DNA of 64,000 nucleotides from Eledone cirrhosa. Lineage: Eukaryota. Under the pieces are notes generated by a model, which had not been told where the DNA came from, did not search any database, and saw nothing but the letters and a program-made list of their open reading frames with translations. The stretch covers positions 65,844,001 to 65,908,000 of the forward strand of contig OZ024743.1 in the NCBI GenBank assembly GCA_964016885.1. The letters run 5' to 3'. Shown one piece after another: positions 60,983 to 64,000 of the stretch; the first letter of the stretch is position 1; each line of letters opens with the position of its first letter. The position numbers and the translations under genes are program-made.

Positions 60983-61384
60983 TCGACCTTCAAAGAATGA
61001 GAAGCAAAATTGGGATTTGAACTGAGATATCATTGGGATTTGAACGTGCAGAGCGGGAAGGAATACCGTAAAGCATTCTATCCAACGTTCTAACGACTCA
61101 CCTCATTTCCCACAATACACGTACTACATAAACCTGAAAAAAAAAAGCAAAAATGTTTAATTCCTCTAATTAAGGTGTCTTTTAGTCATAAAACACAATC
61201 ACCTATTCTTAGAAAAACAACAAAACTTATCCTTAGAAACTAACGGTTCTTTCCAGATTCATGAATTAAAAGAATTTTCATAAAGTTTACCGCGATTCAG
61301 TGTAAAATCTTGACAATTAAATCACATTAGTAAATGCTCCACTGACCCACTGATGCAGATATACTAACATGCTAACTGCTAAGT

Positions 61385-61668
61385 CTGTCTCAAGCTAGAA
61401 GGTTCGTTAAGCCGGTGCATATCCCGGTTTCGTGACGTGAAGCGACTGAGAGTCCTCCACTGGACATTACGCCAGTCCATCGCAGGGTTAAACTGCAGCT
61501 ATTCCTGGTACTCCTTTTCGCTGGTACTTATTTTCAGCTGAGTATACGGGAGCAACGTGAAATGAAGTGTTTTGCTCAAGAACATAACACGCAATCCAGG
61601 CCCAGGAATCGAACCCACGACTTTATCATCGTAAGTCCAGCACACTTACTAGAACTCGCACCTCCACA
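61385..61668 (-). mobile_element. SINE family B (diverged)
   Basis: GGGTTCGATTCC B box and TTCTTGAGCAAAACACTT on the minus strand. Confidence 0.7.
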
Positions 61669-61919
61669 GACATACTAGCATAGACAAACATAAATATAAT
61701 TATATACTGGGTGTACTAATGTTTGCATGTATATGTAACTAATCTATCGTATTTAATTTAACAAACGTACGCACTTATTTGCATAATTGAATATAAACAG
61801 TTTCTCTACGCATGTAAAGTATTGAACAATTTCATCAACGTAAAAGTCGTACATTAACAAATAAACACACAACCATGCCTATATACATACATCATGTGTG
61901 TTTGTAAGTATATACGTAC

Positions 61920-62010
<91 letters not shown>

Positions 62011-62129
62011 TGTAAAATCCTGACCGCGGCGCCAAGCGGTTTCGCTTGTGTGTTCAGCAAGCCTTTTCAATATGTATATATATTTATAGCTCCCCACATA
62101 TATATATATGTGTAATATATATATATGTG

Positions 62130-62214
<85 letters not shown>

Positions 62215-63287
62215 TCATTAGAAAACGTTGAATGTCAGTTATAAAAGATATGTTGGATTGAAATAGAAATAACAGCCTCCTCTCTTTCATATTCGTTTCA
62301 TTTTTTATTTCTCCTTGTAATTAATTTTCAAAATGTCTTTCAGATTAAGGTTTCAATTTTGGTCGACATCCAACAGCTTTTCATTTTTTTAAAACTACAT
62401 AAACAGTAAAATAGCAGCTGACTTGTTTCATCGTTGTTGTTGTTGTTGATATTTTTTATTACAGGGTTGGTGAAGGGTGAGATTGATGATTCCTTACATT
62501 AACCTTGTTAGTTGTGTGGGGTGGGGTTAATGATAAGAAAGTGAAGAAGGAGGAGAATGAGGAGGAGTAGGAGACTGTCGGTTGTCTAATCAACTATAAA
62601 TTATATTATTGCGCTTTGGGGAGCCATTAGTCTCTAATCAGACGATAATCAAATTACATTTCTCAAGAGATTCGTCTAAGTGTTTAATTACATATAATAA
62701 ACACACTAAGATACATTTCATTTTTGTCAGTTTTCGTTCTGTCTTACCATACAGTTATCTTACGTTATCATTCGGGGCCCAACGAAGGTGCGAACCTCTG
62801 TGATTGTTCGACCTGTTAGAAATTGAAACCAAATTCTCCTCAAGATATACCACCATCGACTTAAGAAATTAAAAAAGAAACAACTTATTGGGTGTTGCTT
62901 TTAGAGATAGCTCAGATCTTGCGATGATGAAGGCTCGAGAATATTTGGTTATGCATTTGTTCATTCCGACAAGGGTGTAAACAGCAGAAACACCTACAAC
63001 TACAACTAGAACTACAGCAGTAACACAACGATACGAGCTATTTAAGGTTGTGTGGCCACATGGTCGCTCCACCGGCTCACGTATACAGTCAAATCTCTCT
63101 TAAATTAAACACTACCTTTTATAAAAATTAAAAGAATACATTTCCGGTGAATGCTATATGGCTTAGCTCTAATATAGACATTTAGCTCGGGATTGGTTCA
63201 GGACCCCGACGGCAAAGCTCAGAATTTAGTCCAGAAATAGCCGTCGAAACGGCTTAAGCTCTGCCGTCGGGGTCCTGAACCTTTTCC

Positions 63288-63332
<45 letters not shown>

Positions 63333-63355
63333 GTGTATGTATGTATGTATGTTTG

Positions 63356-64000
63356 TAGGAAAACTCTGATATAACACCTGCAACCCAGATGGTATCCAAT
63401 GATGTTGACTTGTTCTTCTTTTTGGTAAATCTCATTTGGTTAAGAGAGTGGGACTGGCTTTGTGCAGTGCCTTTGCTCACTATAAAAGCTTCACGGCACA
63501 GGCATTGCTTTATATCTGGAGATCTCTGCACTTGTCGTCACATGGTACCATGGGCCCAGCACTATGTGTCAATAATTGTCACAAGTGTAGTGTTTGTACC
63601 AGAGTTTTCAAGTCGCTGGCTGGATAAAAAAGTCACAATCGTTCAGCGCATCGGTAGAGGTTCTCCTACATGGATATAAAGTAGTGGCCGTACTCGAAAA
63701 CGAGTTGGCAGCCACCATGTATGTATGTATGTATGTATGTATGTATGTATGTATGTATGTATGTATGTCAGGTCACCAGTTGGTGCTACTGGTAACATGT
63801 ATCCCAGTACAACCTGTCTCATGGTCGGGTCGTTGGCGACTAAACTGGCAACCCCACCAAGGTTTCTTGGTAAGGAGGGTGACTTTGGACATCCTGCAGG
63901 ACTAAAAACAAAACCTGTCAAAGGGCAAATGAGCTCTTAAGAGTCAATGGCCATCCAAAATCACCGGGAGAGATGACCCCTTAGCCTTTGTCAAGGCAGA
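63356..64000 (+). mobile_element. Tandem copies of (ATGT)n-tailed RTE-like non-autonomous element
   Basis: 63356-63717 is the 3' part, followed by (ATGT)n and then a 5'-complete copy from 63767 that runs off the window. Confidence 0.8.

Overview
AT-rich, repeat-dominated eukaryotic DNA. The SINE types and extreme (TA)n/(CA)n content suggest a cephalopod or other mollusc, which is an inference. No host gene can be called with confidence, and nearly all long ORFs in the track are microsatellite or minisatellite translations. Recognisable coding remnants are three decayed Penelope-like retroelements (RT + GIY-YIG), a mariner transposase, and RTE and CR1-type LINE fragments. There are also about 25 tRNA-derived SINE copies from two families, a 4.1 kb 31-bp minisatellite and a 42-bp tandem repeat. 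The main signal is a large set of unrelated 150-600 bp mini-elements in (TA)n tracts. Most carry a type I hammerhead ribozyme motif (CTGANGA...GAAA with a palindromic stem III), and many are head-to-head fold-backs with one tailed and one tail-less arm. Unrelated families share an ACTC...GAGT hairpin where the short arm stops. A separate (ATGT)n-associated RTE-like non-autonomous element has a candidate HDV-like ribozyme at its 5' end. All calls were made by eye; no searches were run.
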